64,000 nucleotides of DNA from an uncultured virus (IMG/VR IMGVR_UViG_3300028809_000010) (Duplodnaviria > Heunggongvirae > Uroviricota > Caudoviricetes): the IMG/VR virus record IMGVR_UViG_3300028809_000010. One strand, 5' to 3'. The notes under the pieces were generated by a model. It saw only the letters and a program-made list of their open reading frames with translations. It ran no database searches and was not told the origin of the DNA. Positions 38,455 through 47,115 of this stretch are shown here, one piece after another; position 1 is the stretch's first letter, and each line of letters opens with the position of its first letter. The translations under genes and the position numbers were made by a program.

Positions 38455-38732
38455 TGCCCCGCCGCTTCGAGGAGCCCAAGGACTGGGCAGATATCCGTAA
38501 GTCGCACCGAGAGCCGTATCTGACTACGCGCAAATACCGGGTGACGGGCGGACACGCAATTCAGGGGGCAGCCCCGGGTTCCGTCGTGGAGCTCGAGCTG
38601 ACCCGTGACCAGGCGGACGCACTGATTCTCGCCGGTCACATCCAGGAGGTCCACGCACCAGTGCCTCCCGTAAACGAGGCAGCGGATGGGGCTGTCGAGA
38701 ACAAGGGCAACAAGCCCCTTCCCAAGAAATGA
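38454..38732 (+). CDS. Hypothetical structural-region protein
   Basis: Coupled ORF; QADALILAGHIQEV. Confidence 0.55.
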   Translation: MPRRFEEPKDWADIRKSHREPYLTTRKYRVTGGHAIQGAAPGSVVELELTRDQADALILAGHIQEVHAPVPPVNEAADGAVENKGNKPLPKK

Positions 38733-38740
38733 GTTAGAAG

Positions 38741-39157
38741 ATGGCAAAGTTCGTTCTTCGCAACTGCTTCATCGAAATCAATGGCGTGGACCTGAGTGAC
38801 CACATCTCGTCGGTGGAGGTCTCGCTGAAGAAGCAGGCCGTGGACACCACCAACTTCTCCGGCGGCGGCAAGGAACAGATCGCCGGTCTGAAGGACGATG
38901 AGTTCACCGTCACGCTTCAGCAGGACTTCGCGGCGGCCGAGGTGGATGCGACCCTGTACCCGCTGTACGACCTGGAGACCGAATTCGAGGTCCGGGTCCG
39001 TCCGACTAGCGCTGCGGTCTCGGCGACCAATCCCGAGTACACCGGCACCTGCATTCTGCTCGAGTACCAGGCCCTGACAGGCAAGGTCGGCGACCTGAGC
39101 GAGATCAAGGTCAAGTTCCCGAGCCAGCGGTCCGGCATCGCGCGGGCTACCGCGTAA
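38741..39157 (+). CDS. Major tail (tube) protein
   Basis: INGVDLSDHISSVE...IAGLKD...QDF...ATNPEYTGT...GKVGDL. Confidence 0.85.
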   Translation: MAKFVLRNCFIEINGVDLSDHISSVEVSLKKQAVDTTNFSGGGKEQIAGLKDDEFTVTLQQDFAAAEVDATLYPLYDLETEFEVRVRPTSAAVSATNPEYTGTCILLEYQALTGKVGDLSEIKVKFPSQRSGIARATA

Positions 39158-39160
39158 CAC

Positions 39161-39661
39161 ATGCCTGAACTCGAATTCGAGGTCGCGGGCGTACAGGACT
39201 TTCGGAATGTCGCCCGCGTCCTCGGTCGAGAGAATCGCAGACTCCCGAAGGAGATCTACAACACGATCTTTCGGGAGTCGAAAGTCCTCGCCAAGGAAGC
39301 CGCCGCGAAGGTGCGGGCCATTCCTGTCGAGGGCACCAAGCACACCGGTCTTCGCAAAGAGATCGCCGAGGGTATCCAGATCGCCGGAGTCGTCGACAAA
39401 GACGGCGGGCGAGGTGTCCGGGTCATCACGACGATGGCCGAGGACGACGAGGTATACCTGCCCCGGGGATTCGACTCGCGAAAGGGTTGGCAGCACCCGA
39501 CTTTCGGCAATCGAGAGAAGTGGGTCCGCCAGTACAACCCCGGCAACTACAGCTGGTTCATGGAGACGATGTCGGACGGGCAGCTGCCTATCGCGCTGAA
39601 GATCCACCAGCACATCCAAGACGCTATCGACGAGATCGACAAAGCCGGTAGCGCCGGATAA
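39161..39661 (+). CDS. HK97 gp10-like tail completion/neck protein
   Basis: TGLRKEIA...GWQHPTFGNREKWVRQ. Confidence 0.65.
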   Translation: MPELEFEVAGVQDFRNVARVLGRENRRLPKEIYNTIFRESKVLAKEAAAKVRAIPVEGTKHTGLRKEIAEGIQIAGVVDKDGGRGVRVITTMAEDDEVYLPRGFDSRKGWQHPTFGNREKWVRQYNPGNYSWFMETMSDGQLPIALKIHQHIQDAIDEIDKAGSAG

Positions 39662-39746
39662 CCACCCCCTAGACGGACCGGCAGAGGGAATGCGGGCCAC
39701 TCTGCCGGTCCTTAAACCTGCCCGCACAATTCGAAGGAGCCCGCAA

Positions 39747-40148
39747 ATGGCTTTTCTCAACAAGGAACAGATCAAGGCCGCCGACGACCGCGAAACCCGC
39801 GTGGTGGAGGTCCCCGAATGGAACGGCGAAGTCCTGGTCAAGACCCTGTCCGGCCGGGAGCGCAACAAGTTCCAGGGCTCGACGGTGAAGATGAACAAGT
39901 CGGGCCAGCCGGAGACCAACTGGGAGAACATGACCGCCCGGTTCGTATCTCTGGTGATGGTCGACGAGAACGGTAACCGCCTGTTCGGTTCCGAGGCCGA
40001 CGTCATCGCGCTCGGTGAGAAGTCGGCTGCCGCCCTCGAGCGTGTGTACGACGCCGCCTGGGAGCTCAACGGTATGGGCGAGCAGCAGGTGGAGGACAAG
40101 GCCGAGGATTTCGGCGAAACCCCGAGCGAGAGTTCTACTTCCGACTAG
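39747..40148 (+). CDS. Tail assembly chaperone (G)
   Basis: VEVPEWNGEVLVKTLSGRER...VDENGNRLF. Confidence 0.85.
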   Translation: MAFLNKEQIKAADDRETRVVEVPEWNGEVLVKTLSGRERNKFQGSTVKMNKSGQPETNWENMTARFVSLVMVDENGNRLFGSEADVIALGEKSAAALERVYDAAWELNGMGEQQVEDKAEDFGETPSESSTSD

Positions 40149-40477
40149 CTCTTCGCTTGGGAATGACGGTGGAGGAGCTGCTCGATCGAATCAGTTCGCC
40201 GGAGCTGGCCGAATGGATGGCCTACCAGAAGCTCAACGGCCCGATCGACAGCACCTACTCCGATGACGCGCTCGCTCAGATCCATGAAGTCCTGCAATAC
40301 CTGCTGAGACTGACGGGCGCGCAATACGAGGACAACCCCGCTCCGAATCCACGGCACTTCCCCCGGTCTTACGAATTCTACGACCCGATCGTCCGCGCCA
40401 AACTCAAAGCGGCGCATGACGAAGAGGAACAGATCATGTCTCGGGAAGAGGTCGACCGGATTCACTTCGGGGCCTGA
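40106..40477 (+). CDS. Tail assembly chaperone GT extension via -1 frameshift (candidate site G GAT TTC, 40106-40112)
   Basis: The -1 frame is open from this site: FRRNPEREFYFRLALRLGMTVEELL...EWMAY. Confidence 0.7.
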   Translation, partial: GFRRNPEREFYFRLALRLGMTVEELLDRISSPELAEWMAYQKLNGPIDSTYSDDALAQIHEVLQYLLRLTGAQYEDNPAPNPRHFPRSYEFYDPIVRAKLKAAHDEEEQIMSREEVDRIHFGA

Positions 40478-40503
40478 ACACCAAGTCCTCCTTCGGGGGG
40501 CAC

Positions 40504-40576
40504 GCGGGCGTAGCTCAACTGGAAGAGCAGCGGTCTCCAAAGCCGCCGGTTGCAGGTTCGACTCCTGTCGCCCGCG
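40504..40576 (+). tRNA. tRNA-Trp(CCA)
   Basis: Canonical cloverleaf; GCGGT-CTCCAAA-GCCGC. Confidence 0.92.
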
Positions 40577-40602
40577 CATTCAGCTGAACCCGAGGGGGAT
40601 TC

Positions 40603-43600
40603 ATGGCAACGACCTCACTCGGCTTCAACATCACCAGCAAGTACGACGGCAAGGGTCTGGCTGCGGCTCGGTCGGACCTGACGGCTTTCGCCACCCAGCT
40701 GAACAAGCTGGCGTCGAAGACCATTCGCATCAACGCCAACCTGAACGTCGACTCGGCCAAGGCAAAAGCCGACCTGGATGCCATCGCCGCGCGCCAGCTG
40801 AAGATCGACGCCGACCTCTATGTCCACGACGCCAAAGCGCGCGCCCAGGTGGCTGCGTGGGAGGCGAAGAAGGTCGAAGTCGAGATCGGTGTCCGGCTGG
40901 ACGAAGCTCAGGCCAAGGCGAAGCTCCACACGATGGCCAACTCCATCAAGAAGATGGACCTGGACCTCAAGCTGGATACGGCTGTGGCCGAGGCGAAGAT
41001 GGCCAAGCTGGCGTCGCAGACCCGGCTGATGACGATCCGCGCCGACGTCGACGCCCTGGCCGCTGAAGTCGAGCTCGAGCGGTTGAAGTCGGAATACAAC
41101 GTCATCGACATGTACGCCGATCTCAACGTCGAGATGGCCGAGGCCAAACTGCGCAACGTCCAGCTGCGGAATCAGCGCGTCCAGCTGGGCATGGACCTCG
41201 ACACCAAGATCGCCGATGCGAAGATCGCGCTGCTCGAGGCCAAGACCCGCAAGGTCGAGATGCGCGTCGACGCGGACACCAGTGTTGCCGCAGCACGGAT
41301 TCAGGCTCTCCAGCGCAATCGCTTCGTCCGGCTGTTCGTCAATGTCGACCAGGCCAATGCCGTCGCGCACCTGGCCAAGATCACCCACTTCGCCCGATAC
41401 GCCGCTCTGGGTGTCGCTGGCATCACCGCCGCCTTCTTCCTGATGGGCCAGGCCGTGGTGATGGTGGCCGCGCTGATCCAGACCGCGCTGATCGGTGGCT
41501 TGATCGCTGCCGGTATCGCCGCCGCCGTCATGGGCAAGAAGATGACCGACGAGCACACCAAGGCGACTCAGGCTGCTCAGCGTCAGGCTGCGTCGGCCGA
41601 GCGGGGACTCTCCTCGGCGTACCGCAATGCCGCATCCACCGCCCAGCAGGGCCTGCGCCAGATCGCCTCGGCGGAGAAGACCCTCGAGCAGGCACGCAAG
41701 GCATCGGTGACCACGGCCGCTCAGGGGCAGAAGTCTGTCCAGAAGGCGTACAAGGATCTCGAGTCGGCGACCAAGCAGGCAGCTCAGACCGCAGCGTCGG
41801 GGGCCCGGTCGGTCGTCACCGCCGAGAACCGCCACCGCGACGCCGTCACTCAGGCCATCCGTGTGCGGGCCAAGCTCAACGACGCCTACAAGGACAGCCA
41901 GCGCGAACTCGACAACCTGAAGATGCGCCTCCAGGGTGCGGCGGGTGACGAGAAGGGCGCTGTCATCGCGGTCCAGCGGGCCATGGAGGCGATGCACAAC
42001 CTCGGCAAGGACGGGGAGCCGGTCACGCTGCTCGACCGCGAGGAAGCGCAGAACAACATCGACCAGGCCCTCCAGAACCTCGACGAGATCCGCCTGGGCA
42101 ACCAGCAGCTCCGTGAGGATGTGGCCGAGGCCGACGCGAAGGGTGTCGAAGGCTCGGACAAGGTCGTGGCCGCCAAGGAAGCCATCCGCGACGCCGACCG
42201 AGAGGTTGCCGAGTCGGAACAGGCTGTCTCGCAGGCACGCCAGGACGCGGCTGATGCGAACGTCGCTGCCCTCGAGCGTGTGGCCGAGGCGCAGACCGGC
42301 ATCGCCGAAGCGCAGCAGGCCGCCGCCGAAGCCAACGCCGCCGCCGCCGACCGGATCATCGAGGCCGAGCAGGGTGTGGCCGAAGCCAAGCAGCAGGCCG
42401 CCGAAGCCAATGCCCAAGCGGCAGAGCAGATCATCGCTGCGCAGGAAGCTGTCACGGCCGCGCAGACCGAGCTGAACGAGGCGTACAACAAGCAGAACGG
42501 CGCCCTCGCCCAGACCATGCGCTGGTTCCAGACGATCACTCAGCCGATGCAGGGTGCTCTCCGCGCGGCGATGGAACAGCTGAAGCAGAAGGCGATCGAG
42601 CTGACCCCGGCCCTCCAGGGCATGTTCGCTCAGGTCTCCCCGCTGGTGAAGCCGTTCGCCGAGGGCCTGAGTGGTCTGGCCGAGCGGGCTATCCCCGGCG
42701 TGACCGATTCGCTGCGCCAGTCGATGCCGATGATGAACGGCTTCCGCGACGGCATGGGAACCCTCGGCGCCAAGACCGGCGAGATGTTCCGGGGCTTCGG
42801 TCAGGGCTCGGAAGGGCTCGGGCAGACCTGGCGCGTCGTCGGTGGGCAGTTCGGTACGTTCCTGGCCAGCATCGGCGGGTTCGTGGGGAAGTTCTCCAGC
42901 GAGTCCGCGACCAGCCTGGACAAGACCCTCCAGGGCGTAAACAACCTCACCTCGGGGATGCTCAACGGCCTGGGCCCGGCGCTTCAGGCGATGGCCGGTG
43001 GCAACTCGATCTGGTTCAGCCTGTTCACCGCGATCGGTTCGTTCTTCGAGAAGATCGGCCCGAGCCTGGGTGCCTTCACGGAAGCCCTGGGCGGCGCGCT
43101 GGGTCCGACGATCGAGAAGCTGGGTGGGTCGCTCGGCATTCTGGTCGCGGCCGGACTCCAGGGCATGTCGGTCATGCTGCCGGTGGTCACTCCGCTGATT
43201 GTCGGTGCGGCCCAAGCGATCCTGTCGTTCGTCCAGTTCCTCGAAGGGCTGGGCCCGGTGCTGCCGATCGTCATGGGCGTCATCATGGGGATGCGGTTGC
43301 TCAGCCTGGCGACCACGGTCCTGGCTGGCTCGAAGATGGTCGTCACGGCCGCCACGGTCGCCTGGAAGATCGCCATGATCGCCGTCCGGGCTGTCATCTT
43401 CGTGGTGAGGGCTGCGGCGTTCGCTCTGCATCTGACCTACCTGCTGCTCACCTCGAGCGCGATGGCTCAGACCGTGGCGACGAAGGCTGTTGCGGCGGCA
43501 ACGATTATCGGCGCCAACGCGATGAAGGTTCTCCGGATCGCGATGTTCGCTCTGTCGTCTCACCCGCTGGTGGCGCTGTTCGTGGCCCTCGGCGCGGTGA

Positions 43601-46095
43601 TCATGATCCTGGTCGCGCGTGCGGGTGGACTCTCGGGTATCTGGGAGAAGATCAAGGCTGGCTGGAACGGTCTGGTCAACTTCTTTCAGCCGACGATCGA
43701 CTTTTTCAAGACACTGATCGGCGGAATCATCCATTGGTTCCAACACCTTTGGGATGTTCTGCTCGGACATTCGATCATTCCCGACATCGTCAACGGAGCC
43801 AAGAAGTGGTTCGGGATGATCTGGGACATCGTCGGGATTATCGTCCGGATCGTCGGCGCGGTGATCGCGAAGTGGGTCGAGTTCTTCACCTTCATGGTCA
43901 AGATCTTCAAGCTCTACCTCGACGTCGTATTCGCTGTGTGGGGCTGGATCTGGGACAACATCCTGTCGAAGGTCGTCGCCGTCATCGGGTGGGTGCTCGG
44001 CAAGATCGGTGACTTCTTCCCGCTGATCGTCGCGGCGTTCAACCTCTACAAGGACATCGTCTTCGCTGTCTGGAGCTGGCTGTGGGACAACATCTTCTCG
44101 AAGGTGTTCGACGTCCTCGGCTGGATCAAGAACAAGTGGGATGAATGGTGGCCGGTCTTCAAGCTGTCCTTCGAGATCCTGCGCGACACCGTCATGGATA
44201 TCTGGAATTGGCTGTGGGACAACGTTCTTACCAAGATCGGGGACGCTCTCGGCTGGGTCAAGGACCGATTCGATCTCTGGTGGGAAGCCTTCAAGTTCGG
44301 TTTCGAGCTCCTGCGTGACACGCTCATGGGGATCTGGAATTGGCTGTGGGACAACATCCTCACCAAGATCGGTGACGCGATCGGCAAGGCCCAGGAGAAG
44401 TTCACCGCTTTCAAGGACAAGTTCGGCGAAATCCTCGAGAACCTGCGGTCGAAAGCCGAAGAGGTCTGGAACAAGATCAAGGAGACTTTCGCCCGGCCGA
44501 TCAACGTGATCATCGGATTCATCAACGACAAGATCCTCGACAACATCGGCATGGGCGACAAGAAGATCCCCAAGATCGAGGGCTACGCCGACGGTGGCAC
44601 CATCCCCGGTGCAGGCCACGGCAGGGCAGACGATCGGCTGGCTCGAGTCTCTTCGGGCGAGTACATCGTCAATGCCCGCGCTGCCGAAGTGAATCGTCCT
44701 CTGCTGGACCAGATCAACTACCGGGGCTTCATTCCGAAGTTCGCCGACGGTGGTCCGGTCGAATGGATGTCCAACTGGGTCCGTGGCGTGGAGCCGTCGA
44801 TGACAATGACCTCGGGTCTGCGTTTCACCGACAACGGCTACCACTCCAGGGGCATGGCTGCGGACTTCTCCAACGGCACCGCGACCACGCCGGAAATGCA
44901 GAACCTCGCCAAGCGGATCAATGAAACCTGGGGCGCCCAAACGCTCGAGCTGATCCACACCGGCCCCTACAACATCAAGGACGGCGCGAACGTCGGCGAT
45001 GGTATGGGGGTCTACGGCGCGGCGACAATGGCCGGTCACGACAACCACGTCCACTGGGCAGTTCCTGGGCCGCTGGACGATTCGCAGTCCGGGCCGAGTC
45101 TGCTGGGCAAGGTCGGCAACTTCCTCGGCGGTGTGTTCAACAAGGGCCGCGAGCTGATGTCGGCGCTGTTCCAGCGGCTGAGTCAGCCTGTCCTGGATGG
45201 AATTCCCGATCCCTTCACACCCGGTATGGGCGACAAGATGGGGCGGGCTCCCAAGGGGCTGGCAACGATGGTCCGCGACCGCATGGCCGAAATGATCCGA
45301 GGCAAAGAGAACACCGGCGGAATGCTCGGCGGTGATATCGGAGGACTCGTCCCTGACGGCGAGCGGCTGAAGATCATCGAAGAGGCCATGCGCATCACCG
45401 GCACTCCTCCTCCTGATGGCGCGGAGGACTGGGTCAGGGGCATGAACACCCTGATCACGCGTGAGTCCGGCTGGAACGCAGGGATTATCAACAACTGGGA
45501 CAGCAACGCCGCTGCGGGAATGCCGTCGCAGGGTCTGGCCCAGGTGATCCCGCCGACGTTCAACGCGCACAAGGTCCCGGGGCACGACAACATCCTCGAT
45601 CCGGTGTCGAACGTGGCGGCGAGTATCAACTACATCAAGTCGCAGTACGGCTCGATCAAGAATGTCCAGCAGGCCAACGCCAACATGCCTCCCAAGGGCT
45701 ACAAGGACGGCACGGAGAACGCCACTCCAGGCTGGGCGATGGTCGGCGAAGAGGGTCCGGAAATGGTCAAGTTCCGGGGCGGCGAGGAAGTTGTGCCGCT
45801 CCAGGATTTCACCTCGAAGCTCTCTTCGGCAGCGGAATCCACGGGTCTGCGGACCAAGGCGGAGACGGCTCTGACAGATGCGGGCAAGTCGATGTTCGAC
45901 ACCTTCTTCCAAGACCTGACCGGCGGCGGCTACGAAAGTGGCTTCCTCGGTCAGCTGGTGAAGCAAGGCATCGACTACGGCGGCAAGGTCGCGTCCCAGA
46001 GCGTCACCAACAACTGGAACGTGGTCGACGTCGACGAGGCAATGCGCAAATACAAGCAGCAGCAAAAGGAACAGGCGATCGGCTACGATTACTGA
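40603..46095 (+). CDS. Tape measure protein with C-terminal peptidase-like and lytic transglycosylase domains
   Basis: 1830 aa, Ala-rich, WxWLWDN repeats; HSRGMAADF...HDNHVH; RESGWN...GLAQVIPPTF. Confidence 0.95.
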   Translation: MATTSLGFNITSKYDGKGLAAARSDLTAFATQLNKLASKTIRINANLNVDSAKAKADLDAIAARQLKIDADLYVHDAKARAQVAAWEAKKVEVEIGVRLDEAQAKAKLHTMANSIKKMDLDLKLDTAVAEAKMAKLASQTRLMTIRADVDALAAEVELERLKSEYNVIDMYADLNVEMAEAKLRNVQLRNQRVQLGMDLDTKIADAKIALLEAKTRKVEMRVDADTSVAAARIQALQRNRFVRLFVNVDQANAVAHLAKITHFARYAALGVAGITAAFFLMGQAVVMVAALIQTALIGGLIAAGIAAAVMGKKMTDEHTKATQAAQRQAASAERGLSSAYRNAASTAQQGLRQIASAEKTLEQARKASVTTAAQGQKSVQKAYKDLESATKQAAQTAASGARSVVTAENRHRDAVTQAIRVRAKLNDAYKDSQRELDNLKMRLQGAAGDEKGAVIAVQRAMEAMHNLGKDGEPVTLLDREEAQNNIDQALQNLDEIRLGNQQLREDVAEADAKGVEGSDKVVAAKEAIRDADREVAESEQAVSQARQDAADANVAALERVAEAQTGIAEAQQAAAEANAAAADRIIEAEQGVAEAKQQAAEANAQAAEQIIAAQEAVTAAQTELNEAYNKQNGALAQTMRWFQTITQPMQGALRAAMEQLKQKAIELTPALQGMFAQVSPLVKPFAEGLSGLAERAIPGVTDSLRQSMPMMNGFRDGMGTLGAKTGEMFRGFGQGSEGLGQTWRVVGGQFGTFLASIGGFVGKFSSESATSLDKTLQGVNNLTSGMLNGLGPALQAMAGGNSIWFSLFTAIGSFFEKIGPSLGAFTEALGGALGPTIEKLGGSLGILVAAGLQGMSVMLPVVTPLIVGAAQAILSFVQFLEGLGPVLPIVMGVIMGMRLLSLATTVLAGSKMVVTAATVAWKIAMIAVRAVIFVVRAAAFALHLTYLLLTSSAMAQTVATKAVAAATIIGANAMKVLRIAMFALSSHPLVALFVALGAVIMILVARAGGLSGIWEKIKAGWNGLVNFFQPTIDFFKTLIGGIIHWFQHLWDVLLGHSIIPDIVNGAKKWFGMIWDIVGIIVRIVGAVIAKWVEFFTFMVKIFKLYLDVVFAVWGWIWDNILSKVVAVIGWVLGKIGDFFPLIVAAFNLYKDIVFAVWSWLWDNIFSKVFDVLGWIKNKWDEWWPVFKLSFEILRDTVMDIWNWLWDNVLTKIGDALGWVKDRFDLWWEAFKFGFELLRDTLMGIWNWLWDNILTKIGDAIGKAQEKFTAFKDKFGEILENLRSKAEEVWNKIKETFARPINVIIGFINDKILDNIGMGDKKIPKIEGYADGGTIPGAGHGRADDRLARVSSGEYIVNARAAEVNRPLLDQINYRGFIPKFADGGPVEWMSNWVRGVEPSMTMTSGLRFTDNGYHSRGMAADFSNGTATTPEMQNLAKRINETWGAQTLELIHTGPYNIKDGANVGDGMGVYGAATMAGHDNHVHWAVPGPLDDSQSGPSLLGKVGNFLGGVFNKGRELMSALFQRLSQPVLDGIPDPFTPGMGDKMGRAPKGLATMVRDRMAEMIRGKENTGGMLGGDIGGLVPDGERLKIIEEAMRITGTPPPDGAEDWVRGMNTLITRESGWNAGIINNWDSNAAAGMPSQGLAQVIPPTFNAHKVPGHDNILDPVSNVAASINYIKSQYGSIKNVQQANANMPPKGYKDGTENATPGWAMVGEEGPEMVKFRGGEEVVPLQDFTSKLSSAAESTGLRTKAETALTDAGKSMFDTFFQDLTGGGYESGFLGQLVKQGIDYGGKVASQSVTNNWNVVDVDEAMRKYKQQQKEQAIGYDY

Positions 46096-46105
46096 TTCCT
46101 ACGAC

Positions 46106-46145
46106 AAGCGGGAGCTTTCGACTTCGGTTGAGGGCTCCCGCTTTT
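46106..46145 (+). terminator. Intrinsic terminator after the tape measure gene
   Basis: AAGCGGGAGC...GCTCCCGCTTTT. Confidence 0.7.
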
Positions 46146-46161
46146 GCGTTTGGAGGTCTTT

Positions 46162-47115
46162 GTGGAACTCGAGCTTCCCGAAGAGATGGAGATCATCTAC
46201 GAAGGCTGGAACGGCAGAACGTTTCACTGGTCCGGTGGTGAACTCGCTGGCAAAGAAGGCGTGAGCCTGGCGCTGCCGGAAGCTGGCGTCGATTTCGAGG
46301 ATATGTACGAATCGCCTTTCGAGACGATCTACAACTCCACGGCATTCGAGGTCGGCGGAAGGTACGGCGGCGTCCGCGAGAACATGATGGAGTTCACCCT
46401 CGCGTTCCATATCCGGCCGACCGTGAACACACCCTGGCGGATCATCGAGTCCCGATTCCGCAAGGCCCTGCATCACAAGAACACCGGCGGCAAGATCCGG
46501 GTGAAGATCGTCGGCGAATCCGAGCGCTGGCTCAACGTTCGACTCCGCTCCCAGCCGAAGCTGAAGCTGAAGCGTGATCCGATCGTGGGGCGGTACGGCC
46601 TGCTGATCGTGACCTTCGTTGCCAACTTCCCCCGCTGGGTCGAAGACGATTACACCGCCGAGTACGTCACCACCACGGACACAACCGCTGGTGGCGACGA
46701 GCTGGCGATGCTGTGGATCTCGAATCCGACGAACAACGAAGCCTGGCCGAAGTGGGTCTGCCAAGCCGGTAACGCCGACATCGTCTGGACCCTGCCGGAC
46801 TTCTCCTGGGGCGATGACCGCTTCGAGATGGCCGAGGCCCACGACGACCGGATGCTCGACCTGCCCGAGCTGATCCTGGGCGAGCACGTGGTTGTCGACA
46901 CCGACGAGATGACGATGGCAGGACAGGTTGTCTCCAGCCTCGACACCCAGGTCTACCTGCGCATGGATGGCCGCGAGTTCTTATATCCGCTTCCCGCTTA
47001 CCTCGATCCCGTGCAGGTGCCCATCTCGGTGACCGGCGCGCAGATCGGCAATCTGATCCAGGTTCGCATTCCCCGGACTTGGTCGCGCCCGTGGGGGCTG
47101 GAGGGGGGTGACTGA
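46162..47115 (+). CDS. Minor tail protein (distal tail, Dit-like)
   Basis: First gene after the tape measure; RWLNVRL...SNPTNNEAWPKW...WTLPDFSW...WSRPWG. Confidence 0.85.
   Translation: MELELPEEMEIIYEGWNGRTFHWSGGELAGKEGVSLALPEAGVDFEDMYESPFETIYNSTAFEVGGRYGGVRENMMEFTLAFHIRPTVNTPWRIIESRFRKALHHKNTGGKIRVKIVGESERWLNVRLRSQPKLKLKRDPIVGRYGLLIVTFVANFPRWVEDDYTAEYVTTTDTTAGGDELAMLWISNPTNNEAWPKWVCQAGNADIVWTLPDFSWGDDRFEMAEAHDDRMLDLPELILGEHVVVDTDEMTMAGQVVSSLDTQVYLRMDGREFLYPLPAYLDPVQVPISVTGAQIGNLIQVRIPRTWSRPWGLEGGD

Noticed and set aside
43870..44400. WxWLWDN repeats in the tape measure as a diversity-generating template
   Set aside because: Ordinary tape measure periodicity; no reverse transcriptase in the window.
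40615..46065. 1816-aa antisense ORF (also 31109-33313, 34245-36800, 51299-53353, 8578-9828)
   Set aside because: Shadow ORFs opposite real genes, expected from high third-position GC; no motifs or RBS.
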